64,000 nt of DNA from positions 32,001-96,000 of IMG/VR virus record IMGVR_UViG_3300012983_000035. One strand, given 5' to 3'. Below the pieces are notes generated by a model. It saw nothing but the letters and a program-made list of their open reading frames with translations, had not been told where the DNA came from and ran no database searches. A program made the position numbers and the translations under genes. Positions 40,867 to 50,413 of this stretch are shown here, one piece after another (position 1 is the first letter of the stretch; every line of letters starts with the position of its first letter). The stretch is from a virus. Its lineage: Duplodnaviria; Caudoviricetes.

Positions 40867-40944
40867 AAATATAGCATATTATACATATAATTAGTATAGT
40901 ATTAGTTACGAAATACAAATATTTTTATAAGAGAGGTAATTGTT

Positions 40945-41373
40945 ATGACTGAAGAAAAACAATTAATCGAAAACCATGACTGTGATTCTTGTGCATGTAA
41001 ACGTGTAATCTTGAACACAACTAACCCTGTTGAAAAAGAAGATGGTGATGTATTTGAACGTATCAGTACAATGGTTAACAATACTGATCAACTTCTTAAG
41101 ATCCCAGCTCCAGAAGCTTTCTCAGATAAAGATAGAGAAGCTTATTTCAAAGCCGTTATTGATAAACACAATGAAGCTCGCTGTTTATTATCAGAATGGT
41201 GGACATCGATGATTAAGAAATATGGTATTCCTAATTTCTCTAAATTTGATGCATTTAATTGTGTTTTCTATTATTGTGAAAATGAAGACGGTACTGCTAA
41301 TGTGTCTGGTGAATACATTCCAAAAGATAGCGAATGTGATTGTGAAGACGGATGCTGCGGTTGTAAGAAATAA
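40945..41373 (+). CDS. Cys-rich hypothetical protein (142 aa)
   Basis: GAGG SD; CDSCAC and CDCEDGCCGC termini, central helical WW..M.KKY. Confidence 0.75.
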   Translation: MTEEKQLIENHDCDSCACKRVILNTTNPVEKEDGDVFERISTMVNNTDQLLKIPAPEAFSDKDREAYFKAVIDKHNEARCLLSEWWTSMIKKYGIPNFSKFDAFNCVFYYCENEDGTANVSGEYIPKDSECDCEDGCCGCKK

Positions 41374-41523
41374 TATTTCTTAATTATTCTTAAACAAATG
41401 AACTGCTCCTTGTTTGGAGCAGTTTTTATTTTTTATATATCAAATAACGTTATAATACGTGTTGTATGAATGGGTTTATCTATTATTTGGATTATATATT
41501 ATATAATTGATATGGAGGAACCT

Positions 41524-41754
41524 ATGAGAGAACATCATGATTTTGGAAAACGAGCAGTAATTAATACTGAGAATTCTATTATGCGTAGAATAATGATAAA
41601 ACGATTTATATTATCAAACACAGTAGAGTCGAATAAGATCCCCATAGATGAAGAAATGGAAACTGAATTTGATAACCTGTGTGATACATTCGGATGTGTT
41701 GGTCCTGAAAAAGATAGATTGAAAGATAAACTTCAACCTATGTTACGTAGATAA
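41524..41754 (+). CDS. Hypothetical protein (76 aa)
   Basis: GGAGG SD before ATG 41524. Confidence 0.65.
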   Translation: MREHHDFGKRAVINTENSIMRRIMIKRFILSNTVESNKIPIDEEMETEFDNLCDTFGCVGPEKDRLKDKLQPMLRR

Positions 41755-41785
41755 TAAAAACGGTTAATGGGAGAATTATATAACG

Positions 41786-44245
41786 ATGGCAAAGAAAAGT
41801 AAGAATGAAGAGATCGAAGTAGATGTTGCTAGAGATTATAATGAAGATATCGATATGATTGATGCTGCTAGACGAAATATCTTCAGATATGCTCTTGAGA
41901 CATTTACTCGTGCGTTCCCAAGTGCATATGATGGGTTAAAACCTGTTCATCGTAGGATCTTACATTCTATGTACGAGAACAAGTATTTTAATTTTACAAA
42001 GGTAGCTGCTATCAGTGGTGGCGTTCTGCTAGCAAGTCATCCGCATGGTAGCAGCTCTGTTGAAGATGCTCTAGTACGTATGGCACAACCTTGGGTAATG
42101 AATTATCCTTATATCGAAGGTAAAGGAAACTTTGGTACACAGGATGGAGATGGTGCAGCAGCAGCACGTTATATTGAAGCTAAGTTATCTCAATTTGCTA
42201 GAAAAGTTATCTTTGATGATTTAGATGACGTTTCAGTTAATTATATTGATAACTATAATTTCACTAGAAAGATTCCGGATTATTTCCCTACTCGTATACC
42301 ATTGGTATTAGTTAATGGTATTGATGGTTTGGGTGAAGCATTCCGTGTATCTATTCCACCTCACAATTTAAATGATATAGCTGATATTTGTATCAAATAT
42401 ATTAAGAATAAGAATATAGCTAATGAAGTTCTCGTCGATGGATTATTCCCTGATTTCCCAACTGGCGGAGAAATAACAAATGGAGAAGCATTAGTTAAGT
42501 TTTATAAAGAAGGTGTTCCTACTAGTATAAATATTAGAGGTAAAGCTAATCTTGATAGAGATACGAATACAATCGTTCTTACAGAATTTCCATATGGTGT
42601 AGATCGTGATAACGTTATGATAGCTGTTATTGATGGCATTAAGAATAACAATATGATTCTTAGTGGAATTGAAATCGATAGCATTCAAGACGTAAACTAT
42701 CATGATGATAGTGCTAACGAAGGCACACATTTGTCTATTGGAAAAAGTAGTAAGAAAAAGGATAAAACATACGAATACCGCTGTAAGAAAGACAGCAGTA
42801 TGGTTGAAATTTTGAATGAAATGTATAAGGTTACTCCATTTAAAAGCAGCTTTGTACTTTCATTTATGATAAATCAAAATGGATATCCAGTATACGTTAC
42901 TGTTAAGGATATTGTCGAGCAATGGTATAAAATTCGTTTCGATAGTAAACGTCGAAAGCACACGTCTAACATTTCCGACAGCGTTAACAGAAAACACGTA
43001 TACGAAGGAATCTTAAGTGCTTATCCTAAAATCGAAGATATAATCAAAATAATTAGATCTTCAAAAGGTGATAGAGACGCGATTATCACTGAATTAAAGG
43101 ATAAGATCGGGTTAACAAAAGTCCAAGCAAAAGGTATAGCAGATATGAGTTTAATCTCATTGTCTGGATTAGGAAAACAGGAGTTAAAGAACAGAATAGC
43201 TTCGCTTGGAAATATCATTGATGAAAACGAATATGCGTTAACACATATCGATGATATAATAATTTCTGAACTTGAAGAACTTAAGCGTATGTTCGGTAGA
43301 CCAAGAAGAACAACTATCACAATGAATTTAAGTGAACATATTTCATCTAAGATTGAAATATCAAAAGGTTCATTTATATGGAGTAGAACTTCTATCGGAT
43401 TGTACGATGCAAATGGTGTAAAAGATTCTAGAAATATTCTAACAGGACTTAAAGCTGTTAAGCTTTTTGGTAGAAACGTACGAGAAATAACGGGCGGTGT
43501 AGCCTTGAAAAACAACCCGATAGGTTTTGTAGTATGTTACGATAATGGTGGAATTAATAGAATTGAAATGAGCACATTTAGAGTTCTCAATGCGTGGTTC
43601 GAGATTACACAACAAGAACCTTTTATAACGTGTGCTACCCCTATATACGATGAAGACGATGTTTTGATTTGTATGACTAATGATAACAAAATTAAACGCT
43701 TAAGTGTATCTGAAGTTAAGGGGAAACGAATTTTAAACACAGGGTCTGTCATAAAGAGCATATATTGCTACAATGAAGACTTGTGTAAAGGATGTGAAAA
43801 CGTCCTTATGGTTAGTTCCTCTGGTACATATAACATGTGTCAGATTGATGATATACCTGTGCTTGGAAGAACTGCTTCTGGCGTTAAAACCGCATTTGAT
43901 GATACAGATAGATCTAGTGTAACGATTTTGTGTGTTCATGAAGAAGTATTTGATAGTGATAGAGTTGTTGTAACAACATATGATTCATCAGATAATCAGA
44001 ATTACATAACAAATATTCCGTTATCAGATTTAAAATTGTCATCCAGAACAGTTAAACCGAAGGTTTTGGGTGTTCCTAAAACACACATTGTTACAAGTGT
44101 GAATTTGATAGATGTATCAGACAGAGATACCCAGCTTTGTATGATAGGAAAATCATCTACATCAAGTTTAAATATAAGCAATTTCAAAAAGCCTTATGAG
44201 GATAAAAGATTGTTTATAACTGTAACAAGTTCAACACAAATCTAA
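41786..44245 (+). CDS. gyrA: Type IIA topoisomerase subunit A (GyrA/ParC-like)
   Basis: DGLKPVHRRIL, HPHG, LVRMAQPW, GNFG, AAARYIEAKL (catalytic Tyr), IPPHNL, PDFPTGG; degenerate pinwheel CTD (IPVLGRTASGVK). Confidence 0.95.
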   Translation: MAKKSKNEEIEVDVARDYNEDIDMIDAARRNIFRYALETFTRAFPSAYDGLKPVHRRILHSMYENKYFNFTKVAAISGGVLLASHPHGSSSVEDALVRMAQPWVMNYPYIEGKGNFGTQDGDGAAAARYIEAKLSQFARKVIFDDLDDVSVNYIDNYNFTRKIPDYFPTRIPLVLVNGIDGLGEAFRVSIPPHNLNDIADICIKYIKNKNIANEVLVDGLFPDFPTGGEITNGEALVKFYKEGVPTSINIRGKANLDRDTNTIVLTEFPYGVDRDNVMIAVIDGIKNNNMILSGIEIDSIQDVNYHDDSANEGTHLSIGKSSKKKDKTYEYRCKKDSSMVEILNEMYKVTPFKSSFVLSFMINQNGYPVYVTVKDIVEQWYKIRFDSKRRKHTSNISDSVNRKHVYEGILSAYPKIEDIIKIIRSSKGDRDAIITELKDKIGLTKVQAKGIADMSLISLSGLGKQELKNRIASLGNIIDENEYALTHIDDIIISELEELKRMFGRPRRTTITMNLSEHISSKIEISKGSFIWSRTSIGLYDANGVKDSRNILTGLKAVKLFGRNVREITGGVALKNNPIGFVVCYDNGGINRIEMSTFRVLNAWFEITQQEPFITCATPIYDEDDVLICMTNDNKIKRLSVSEVKGKRILNTGSVIKSIYCYNEDLCKGCENVLMVSSSGTYNMCQIDDIPVLGRTASGVKTAFDDTDRSSVTILCVHEEVFDSDRVVVTTYDSSDNQNYITNIPLSDLKLSSRTVKPKVLGVPKTHIVTSVNLIDVSDRDTQLCMIGKSSTSSLNISNFKKPYEDKRLFITVTSSTQI

Positions 44246-44340
44246 TAAATATTTTGTAGGAAGATTCTATCTCTCATTTCGCGTCATGAGATTTAGAAAT
44301 CTTTCCTCAAAGTATTTTATTTTTTATAGCGAGGTGCGTT

Positions 44341-44508
44341 ATGTGTGACGATCCTACAAAAGGAACCGCTAATAGTCAGGTCATAAGTGCGTATGATCCT
44401 AATAATCCAGATTTTAGTCCGGAGAAAGATTGTCCCCAAGCTAGGGGCGCGGCTTATAATTATGATATCATGAGTAATGATAACAAGCCAATTGAGGAGA
44501 ATAAATGA
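44341..44508 (+). CDS. Small hypothetical protein (55 aa)
   Basis: GAGG SD; MCDDPTKGTANSQ...; stop overlaps next start (ATGA). Confidence 0.55.
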   Translation: MCDDPTKGTANSQVISAYDPNNPDFSPEKDCPQARGAAYNYDIMSNDNKPIEENK

Positions 44509-44612
44509 AAAATATAATTAAAATATTGCCGTACATATATCTAATTATACTTTTCATTATATTTATAGTAAATCTGTTTATATTGTGGACAGAAAATAAA
44601 CGCAAGAAATAG
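44505..44612 (+). CDS. Small single-TM protein (35 aa)
   Basis: GAGGAG SD; MKNIIKILPYIYLIILFIIFIVNLFILWTENKRKK. Confidence 0.6.
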   Translation: MKNIIKILPYIYLIILFIIFIVNLFILWTENKRKK

Positions 44613-44633
44613 TTTTAGTGAGTGGAGGAAAAA

Positions 44634-44951
44634 ATGGATTATTTAATCCTTGTTATTATCTTTTTGATAATCTTTGTTGTGATTTCATTTATTTCAAATT
44701 TAATCACAAGTGTTATTATTAGTAGAAAAGTGAATCGTCTTATTGATTTGACTGGGCCATTGGGTTCAAAGTTAAACGATATCGAATTTCGTAATGTAGA
44801 TGTTTTAAGACGTATCGATAGACGTTGTGATGCAATTGATCAAAGAACTAAAGCTCATCTGAATAAAAAGAAACCTCAGAATAAGCATAAGAATGTGAAA
44901 AATAAGACGATACAAAATAATTTCAATAAATCATCATATTCAGAGGATTAA
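44634..44951 (+). CDS. N-terminal TM protein with helical/basic tail (i-spanin-like candidate)
   Basis: GGAGG SD before ATG 44634; TM helix followed by amphipathic helix. Confidence 0.6.
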   Translation: MDYLILVIIFLIIFVVISFISNLITSVIISRKVNRLIDLTGPLGSKLNDIEFRNVDVLRRIDRRCDAIDQRTKAHLNKKKPQNKHKNVKNKTIQNNFNKSSYSED

Positions 44952-44952
44952 T

Positions 44953-45498
44953 GTGAAAAGAAAAATATTATCTTTAATTCTTTTGTTTACAATGTTTTTA
45001 CCGATATTCTCCAATGAAGTTATACGGATTAACATTGGTGACGAAATATATGAAAGAGAATACCCCGATACAGTAGAAGAATATAGAAAATTGGTTGATG
45101 GGTTAGTAGATATGTACAATGATCTTAATTCAGATTATTTGATATATCTAGATAATGACGAAAGAAGTTCTGATGAATTGAGAAATCTTATAAGTGCTCT
45201 TGAAAATGATAATAATAGATTAAAATCTGATATTTATAAACTTTCAGACGAATATGCTGCTTATAAGAAAAGCGTAGATAAATTACTAAAAACGAATTCT
45301 AAATTTACCTTATTTACTTCTATCGGACCTGCTATTTCTAATAAAAGTGGAATAGGAATACAATCTGATTTTATATTTGATTTTAGATTATTTAGAAATT
45401 TGCATTTTGGTTTAAACGCAGGTTTGAGTGTATATAATAATAATGAGGTGCTAATAGAAGGTCGTTTTGGCCTGGTGTTAGGATATTCTATTTATTAA
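44953..45498 (+). CDS. Exported coiled-coil protein with C-terminal amphipathic beta-strands (outer-membrane anchor-like)
   Basis: GTG start, signal peptide, heptad region, four beta-strands ending ...GLVLGYSIY. Confidence 0.7.
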   Translation: MKRKILSLILLFTMFLPIFSNEVIRINIGDEIYEREYPDTVEEYRKLVDGLVDMYNDLNSDYLIYLDNDERSSDELRNLISALENDNNRLKSDIYKLSDEYAAYKKSVDKLLKTNSKFTLFTSIGPAISNKSGIGIQSDFIFDFRLFRNLHFGLNAGLSVYNNNEVLIEGRFGLVLGYSIY

Positions 45499-45519
45499 AT
45501 ATATTATTGGAGGTAAGTA

Positions 45520-46671
45520 ATGGAACAAGCAAAAGAATCCGTTACAAAAAGCCGATTTAAGATCGGTTTAGTTGGAGTTGGACAGGGAGGTTCATCGGTA
45601 GCACAGTCAGTTGCAAAAGGTCTTGGGATTGACTATAAAAACGTAGTGTCAGTAAATTTAAGTGATGCCGATTTACAGGGAACAAGACTTATCCCTAAAG
45701 AAAACCAGATCCTTCTCGACAAAAATCGTTTTGGTGCTGGTAAAAATCGCGAAGTGTCTAAATCTTATGCTCTTGAGAAAAAGGATTTTCTTAAAGAGAA
45801 ATTAAGTGCACTCCTAGGAAAAGATACAGGTATTAATTTGATCTACGTTATCTACAGTATCGATGGAGGTACAGGATCAGGAATTGGACCTTATCTTACA
45901 GCTCTTATGGAAAGTGATGGATTTGATAAATCAAACGGATGTATCACTTGTGGTTTACCGATTTTACCAGATCAGAATGCAGGTAAAATTGGATTGGAAA
46001 ATGCTATTAAAGCATTGAACGAAATCAGTAATCTTTCAAAAGGAAAGGTTGCTAGATTTATGCTTATTGACAACAACCATTCTTCAGAAATCAAGGACGA
46101 TGTTGTTAGATGGCAGTCTGTCAATGCAGAAGTAGTTCGAATGCTTAAGAGATATTTGTTAACAAGCTATATCTCACAGACTTCGAATTTGGATTTCGAA
46201 GATCGTTTTGTTGCAATGCGTGTACCTGGCTGTCATGCCCTTTGTACATTCAATCCAACAGAAGAATTTCCATCAGCAATGTCACCATTTGTATTACCAG
46301 AAGGTGCACGTGTAGATAGAATGGCTTCTGAAATTCCTGAAGGATGCTCAGAAGTTCGTGGAAAACTCATTGCTAATATTGGATGTAATGTTGATGAACC
46401 AAATATGGTTGGTTACTATGATCCGAACGAAGAGGGAGCAATTCCTATAGTACATTTAGCAGGTTTCTCAAATCTATCTAAAATTACAGAGAGATACCAA
46501 GGATGGTTCTCTGAAATCCGTCAGCGTGCAGAAGCAGCAGCAAAAGTAGATGCTTCAAAAGGTACTGGTTTCGCTAGTATTAGTGAAAACGACAAATGGC
46601 TTGAATCACAGTCAGAAACAAGAACAACTTGTTCTGATGAAGATTTATTCAATTTGCTGGGAAACAATTAG
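45520..46671 (+). CDS. phuZ: Tubulin/FtsZ-family protein (PhuZ/TubZ-like)
   Basis: GVGQGG, GAGKN, DGGTGSG tubulin signature, IDN, NLDFED T7-like loop. Confidence 0.88.
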   Translation: MEQAKESVTKSRFKIGLVGVGQGGSSVAQSVAKGLGIDYKNVVSVNLSDADLQGTRLIPKENQILLDKNRFGAGKNREVSKSYALEKKDFLKEKLSALLGKDTGINLIYVIYSIDGGTGSGIGPYLTALMESDGFDKSNGCITCGLPILPDQNAGKIGLENAIKALNEISNLSKGKVARFMLIDNNHSSEIKDDVVRWQSVNAEVVRMLKRYLLTSYISQTSNLDFEDRFVAMRVPGCHALCTFNPTEEFPSAMSPFVLPEGARVDRMASEIPEGCSEVRGKLIANIGCNVDEPNMVGYYDPNEEGAIPIVHLAGFSNLSKITERYQGWFSEIRQRAEAAAKVDASKGTGFASISENDKWLESQSETRTTCSDEDLFNLLGNN

Positions 46672-46779
46672 TGCCTCAGGAAACAAGATCTGTGCGTAAG
46701 CGTAAAATAAACATAGGTCTTGTTTCTATTTTTATTTAAACTGGTATTAAAACTAGTTAATATTATAGTGGAGGCAAAT

Positions 46780-47406
46780 ATGGCTAAAACAAAATATTCA
46801 GGAACAATTATTGTTCTTGACAATAAACTAAGTACATTCGGAGCAGATAGAAGTTCTTTAGAGTGTATGAAAATTTTCAAAAATGGAAAAGTAACTGTAG
46901 TTGGTACATCTTTTGAAAATATAAATAAGGAAACAAGTTGTGTTCCAGTTAGATTAACTCTTGATCCAAAAGATGAAAGTCAAGACTGGACTAAATACGG
47001 AAGCCCTATTGAAGAAATCAGCTTTGGGAATATCGTTAGATATTTCCCAATATCTACATTTAAATTTGATAAATCTAATAAGAAAGAAACTATTACACTT
47101 TCTTATCCAGATTTTGAAATCGATTTACAGGTTGCTTATGAATCTCAGCCTGTAGATAACACAGTATACACAGAACCAGAGTCTAAGGAGGACAATATTA
47201 TGTGTGAAAATGAAACAGTAGAATCCGTTGTAGAAACTGTAGAAGCAACAGCAGTGGAACAGAAAAAGAAATTGCCTAAATGGGCAATTGGAGCAGCAAT
47301 CGGCGCAGCTGTGGTGACAACAGCTGCTATCGTCACAGGAGTTATTCTTAAGAACAAGAATAAAGATAAAGACTGCGGCGAATGCACAGAAGAAGTTGCT
47401 GAATAA
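46780..47406 (+). CDS. Hypothetical protein with C-terminal TM helix; strong internal in-frame start at 47200
   Basis: GGAGG SD before 46780; TAAGGAGG SD before ATG 47200; terminator 47410-47436. Confidence 0.7.
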   Translation: MAKTKYSGTIIVLDNKLSTFGADRSSLECMKIFKNGKVTVVGTSFENINKETSCVPVRLTLDPKDESQDWTKYGSPIEEISFGNIVRYFPISTFKFDKSNKKETITLSYPDFEIDLQVAYESQPVDNTVYTEPESKEDNIMCENETVESVVETVEATAVEQKKKLPKWAIGAAIGAAVVTTAAIVTGVILKNKNKDKDCGECTEEVAE

Positions 47407-47513
47407 AATAAAAGGGTGGAATTTATCCACCCTTTTATTTTTTTATATTTTGACATTAAAATGACTAAAATTTATAATTGATATAGAAATATATAACTCT
47501 ATGGAGGAAATGT

Positions 47514-48938
47514 ATGGCAAACTTAACCTCAGTAACAGGTTTCTACTATCAGATAGGTAGCATAGATTATCCTTTAAACTTTTCACCAGACGATAAGTTT
47601 GGTTTTGACAGTGAAGGACAAGAAAACGCAGTTTTCAAATATTCTATAAATGATGTGGAAAAAGCTGTAACTAGATGTAGAACTTTAACAAAAAGAGCAG
47701 CTTATAACCCAGCAAACACAAGCATTATCTTAGCAGATAACTCAGAAGGTTTGCTAACAAATGTTGATATTAATTCTGATGATTCTTCTACTGAATTGGA
47801 AGCATGGAATGCCGCTTTTAAGATCATGGAGTATCTTTATAACAATCAGTCTTCATCAGGAAATAACCCATTAACATCAGGTTATATTTCTTATGGCGAT
47901 GAAATGTTAGGTAATCCATCTAATAACAATGAACACTATGTTCCAAACTATGTTGTTAACTCATTGGCGGTTCAAGGTTCTACTCACCAACAACGTTTAC
48001 AGTGGGCTAGATTCTCTGTATCAGGATTCACAGGAACAGGAAACGTAACATTCTTCATTTACTTTGATGCTGATGCTTTTGTTGAACGATCTGAAAATGT
48101 ATCTTATAAGGTATATAGATACGAGGATATTGATTCTCCAAACGATCAAATCTCAGCAGGAGAATTCAAATCACAGATTATCAGTAAACAATTCGATATT
48201 CTTTCTTCTGGTAAATATAAAACATGGGGAGAATTAGTAGTAGATAAAGTTCTTTCAGATACAGAAACTATAGAAGAACAGTTCTTTATTTATTCATCAG
48301 TTATGGTCGAATTAACTGACGATATAAAGAAGACACAAGTTAAATCTTATCTTCTTGATAAATATCCTGAAGATATGACTTATCTTAGATACACATATCC
48401 TACACTTTTCTCTGAAAACGAAATCAGAATTATCCCTGTGTATGACAATAGTGTTGAAACTACAACTGGAAATGCTCACATAGTTCATCCTTTATCTATT
48501 TTAAAACTTTCTTCAGTATTAACTCAGTTTGGTTTCTCTATACAATCAACAAACTCTGATTATAGACCTACTGAAATATTCTATGTTGGTCCAGGAGCAG
48601 GATGGAATCCAGGAAATGAATTTAGATTTAACTTCCCATTGATTGCTGTTGAAGTAGATACTGCATCAGGTATTGTTTTACCTATTTCAAAACGTTTCCC
48701 ATCATATCGTCCAATTTATGGTGAAAATGATGGTGGAGAAGCAGCTGAATTCCACTTTATCTTGATTGTAATTCTTGGATATCTAATGGGATTGAATCAA
48801 GCATTAACAGATGAATTTAAGAGACAGTATAGTGTAAATGATAAAGTAGATGACGTTATAAAACGTAAAGTTGTAACATTTACATTCTCTGGTAACATTT
48901 GGACTATATATGGACCATTAACTGCTGCTACTGCTTAA
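47514..48938 (+). CDS. Probable virion structural protein (474 aa)
   Basis: GGAGG SD; late motif GACA-N6-TG at 47452. Confidence 0.6.
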   Translation: MANLTSVTGFYYQIGSIDYPLNFSPDDKFGFDSEGQENAVFKYSINDVEKAVTRCRTLTKRAAYNPANTSIILADNSEGLLTNVDINSDDSSTELEAWNAAFKIMEYLYNNQSSSGNNPLTSGYISYGDEMLGNPSNNNEHYVPNYVVNSLAVQGSTHQQRLQWARFSVSGFTGTGNVTFFIYFDADAFVERSENVSYKVYRYEDIDSPNDQISAGEFKSQIISKQFDILSSGKYKTWGELVVDKVLSDTETIEEQFFIYSSVMVELTDDIKKTQVKSYLLDKYPEDMTYLRYTYPTLFSENEIRIIPVYDNSVETTTGNAHIVHPLSILKLSSVLTQFGFSIQSTNSDYRPTEIFYVGPGAGWNPGNEFRFNFPLIAVEVDTASGIVLPISKRFPSYRPIYGENDGGEAAEFHFILIVILGYLMGLNQALTDEFKRQYSVNDKVDDVIKRKVVTFTFSGNIWTIYGPLTAATA

Positions 48939-48950
48939 TGAGGAGTTTGT

Positions 48951-49802
48951 ATGGCATCTGATTTAAAGGTACAGTCATGCTATCATATAAAACTCGTTAA
49001 TCCATGGTTAGATAAAGAATACAACGTTCGAATAACAGGTATAGCAAATATAAATACTTTGACTGAACTTGATCCTGCTGCTAATATTAAAAAAGAATTT
49101 TTTAATAATTACAATATCCCTATTAGCAAGTATCTTTTATTGATAACTAATTCTACTTTGATTTACGTTTGTCAACCGATAAAAGAGTACGATCCTGTTG
49201 TCTTTGATGAAGATAAAAAAGTATTTATTCCTGAAACTTTAATCGACTATTCTGAAACTTTTGAATATATTGAAGCTAAAAGATATGCTTTTGATGTATC
49301 TACTGGAGTTAAAAGCTTTAATAATATTCTTGATGAAAATGATTTCTTAGAGACAGCAACAGAGTCAATAAGAAAATCTGTGAATAATATAGATCATTTC
49401 GTTGCGGATAGTTTATCTGTTAGAGTACATACAACAGATGTTTTAACAACACAAGATAAGCTTGATGATATTGAAACTGAAAGATCTAGAATAGTCGATA
49501 ATAAGAATATGGCGTTGAAACAAAATAAAGATAATGTAGAGGCAATGGAACGCAATTTGTATAGTAAAACTAAAGAAGCTGAACGTTCTTATAAAAAGTA
49601 TGAAGATGCTAGAGAACAAATAGTTTCACAAATGAATTCTATAAATGCACTACAAGCTTTAAATGAACAAGAAAACTTTAATCTAACTAAGATAAAGAAT
49701 AATATGATAGAAATAATAAATAAAATTAGGGATGGAGAATATTCTCCTGAATCATTCCCTACATTTGATGAACTTTACGACGAAGTTGTAAATGGTAAAT
49801 AA
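48951..49802 (+). CDS. Probable virion protein with C-terminal coiled coil
   Basis: GAGGAG SD; heptad-rich C-terminal third. Confidence 0.6.
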   Translation: MASDLKVQSCYHIKLVNPWLDKEYNVRITGIANINTLTELDPAANIKKEFFNNYNIPISKYLLLITNSTLIYVCQPIKEYDPVVFDEDKKVFIPETLIDYSETFEYIEAKRYAFDVSTGVKSFNNILDENDFLETATESIRKSVNNIDHFVADSLSVRVHTTDVLTTQDKLDDIETERSRIVDNKNMALKQNKDNVEAMERNLYSKTKEAERSYKKYEDAREQIVSQMNSINALQALNEQENFNLTKIKNNMIEIINKIRDGEYSPESFPTFDELYDEVVNGK

Positions 49803-49806
49803 AAAA

Positions 49807-49837
49807 TAAACACGGAGGTTTTATCCTCCGTGTTTTT
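49807..49837. terminator. Bidirectional terminator between convergent genes
   Basis: AAACACGGAGG-tttat-CCTCCGTGTTT flanked by A and T tracts. Confidence 0.85.
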
Positions 49838-49858
49838 AATTTTGTAATAGATTATATA

Positions 49859-50320
49859 TTAATCTATTGAAGCAACGCCGAGTTTAGTACAAACAAGTGT
49901 ATCTAAAATTTCAGCATTAGCTCCACCTGTAGTTTTAACTTCGTTTAAGAGGATGTTTAGATCATTTTCGTGTTTAGCGATAATTTTAGACATGATTTCA
50001 TTTCTAGCATTATCAATATTAACGAATTCGTCATACATTAAAGTATCATCGTCTTGGATTTTGTTAAGCAATGCTTCGAATTTTACATTTGCAAAGTGAC
50101 GTTTAATAGCATCTTGTGCAATTCCCATGTTATTAACATCTGCGATGTCTTTATGAGCCATTGATTCAGTTGATCTAGCAAATGCGTCAGCATCACTAAT
50201 AATAGCAGAAGCTGCTTCCCAAGAAAGTTCGTTTTTAGAAACAAGTTCTTCAACAGATTCTCTTGAGAGAACTCCTGGCATCTTTTTAGAGATATATGAC
50301 AATACGTTGGATTTAGACAT
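49859..50320 (-). CDS. Hypothetical protein, possible internal head protein
   Basis: AAGGAG SD on - strand; AACA-N6-TA motif at 50366-50355; S-x-E motifs (SRE, SVE, SWE, STE) like phiKZ prohead-protease sites. Confidence 0.65.
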   Translation of the reverse strand: MSKSNVLSYISKKMPGVLSRESVEELVSKNELSWEAASAIISDADAFARSTESMAHKDIADVNNMGIAQDAIKRHFANVKFEALLNKIQDDDTLMYDEFVNIDNARNEIMSKIIAKHENDLNILLNEVKTTGGANAEILDTLVCTKLGVASID

Positions 50321-50413
50321 AGTCGAACTCCTTATAGTAATTAAATTTGTTATCTATATCTATGTTTTAATATATCAATTAACAAATATTTGAGTTGATT
50401 TTTGGAGGTATTT

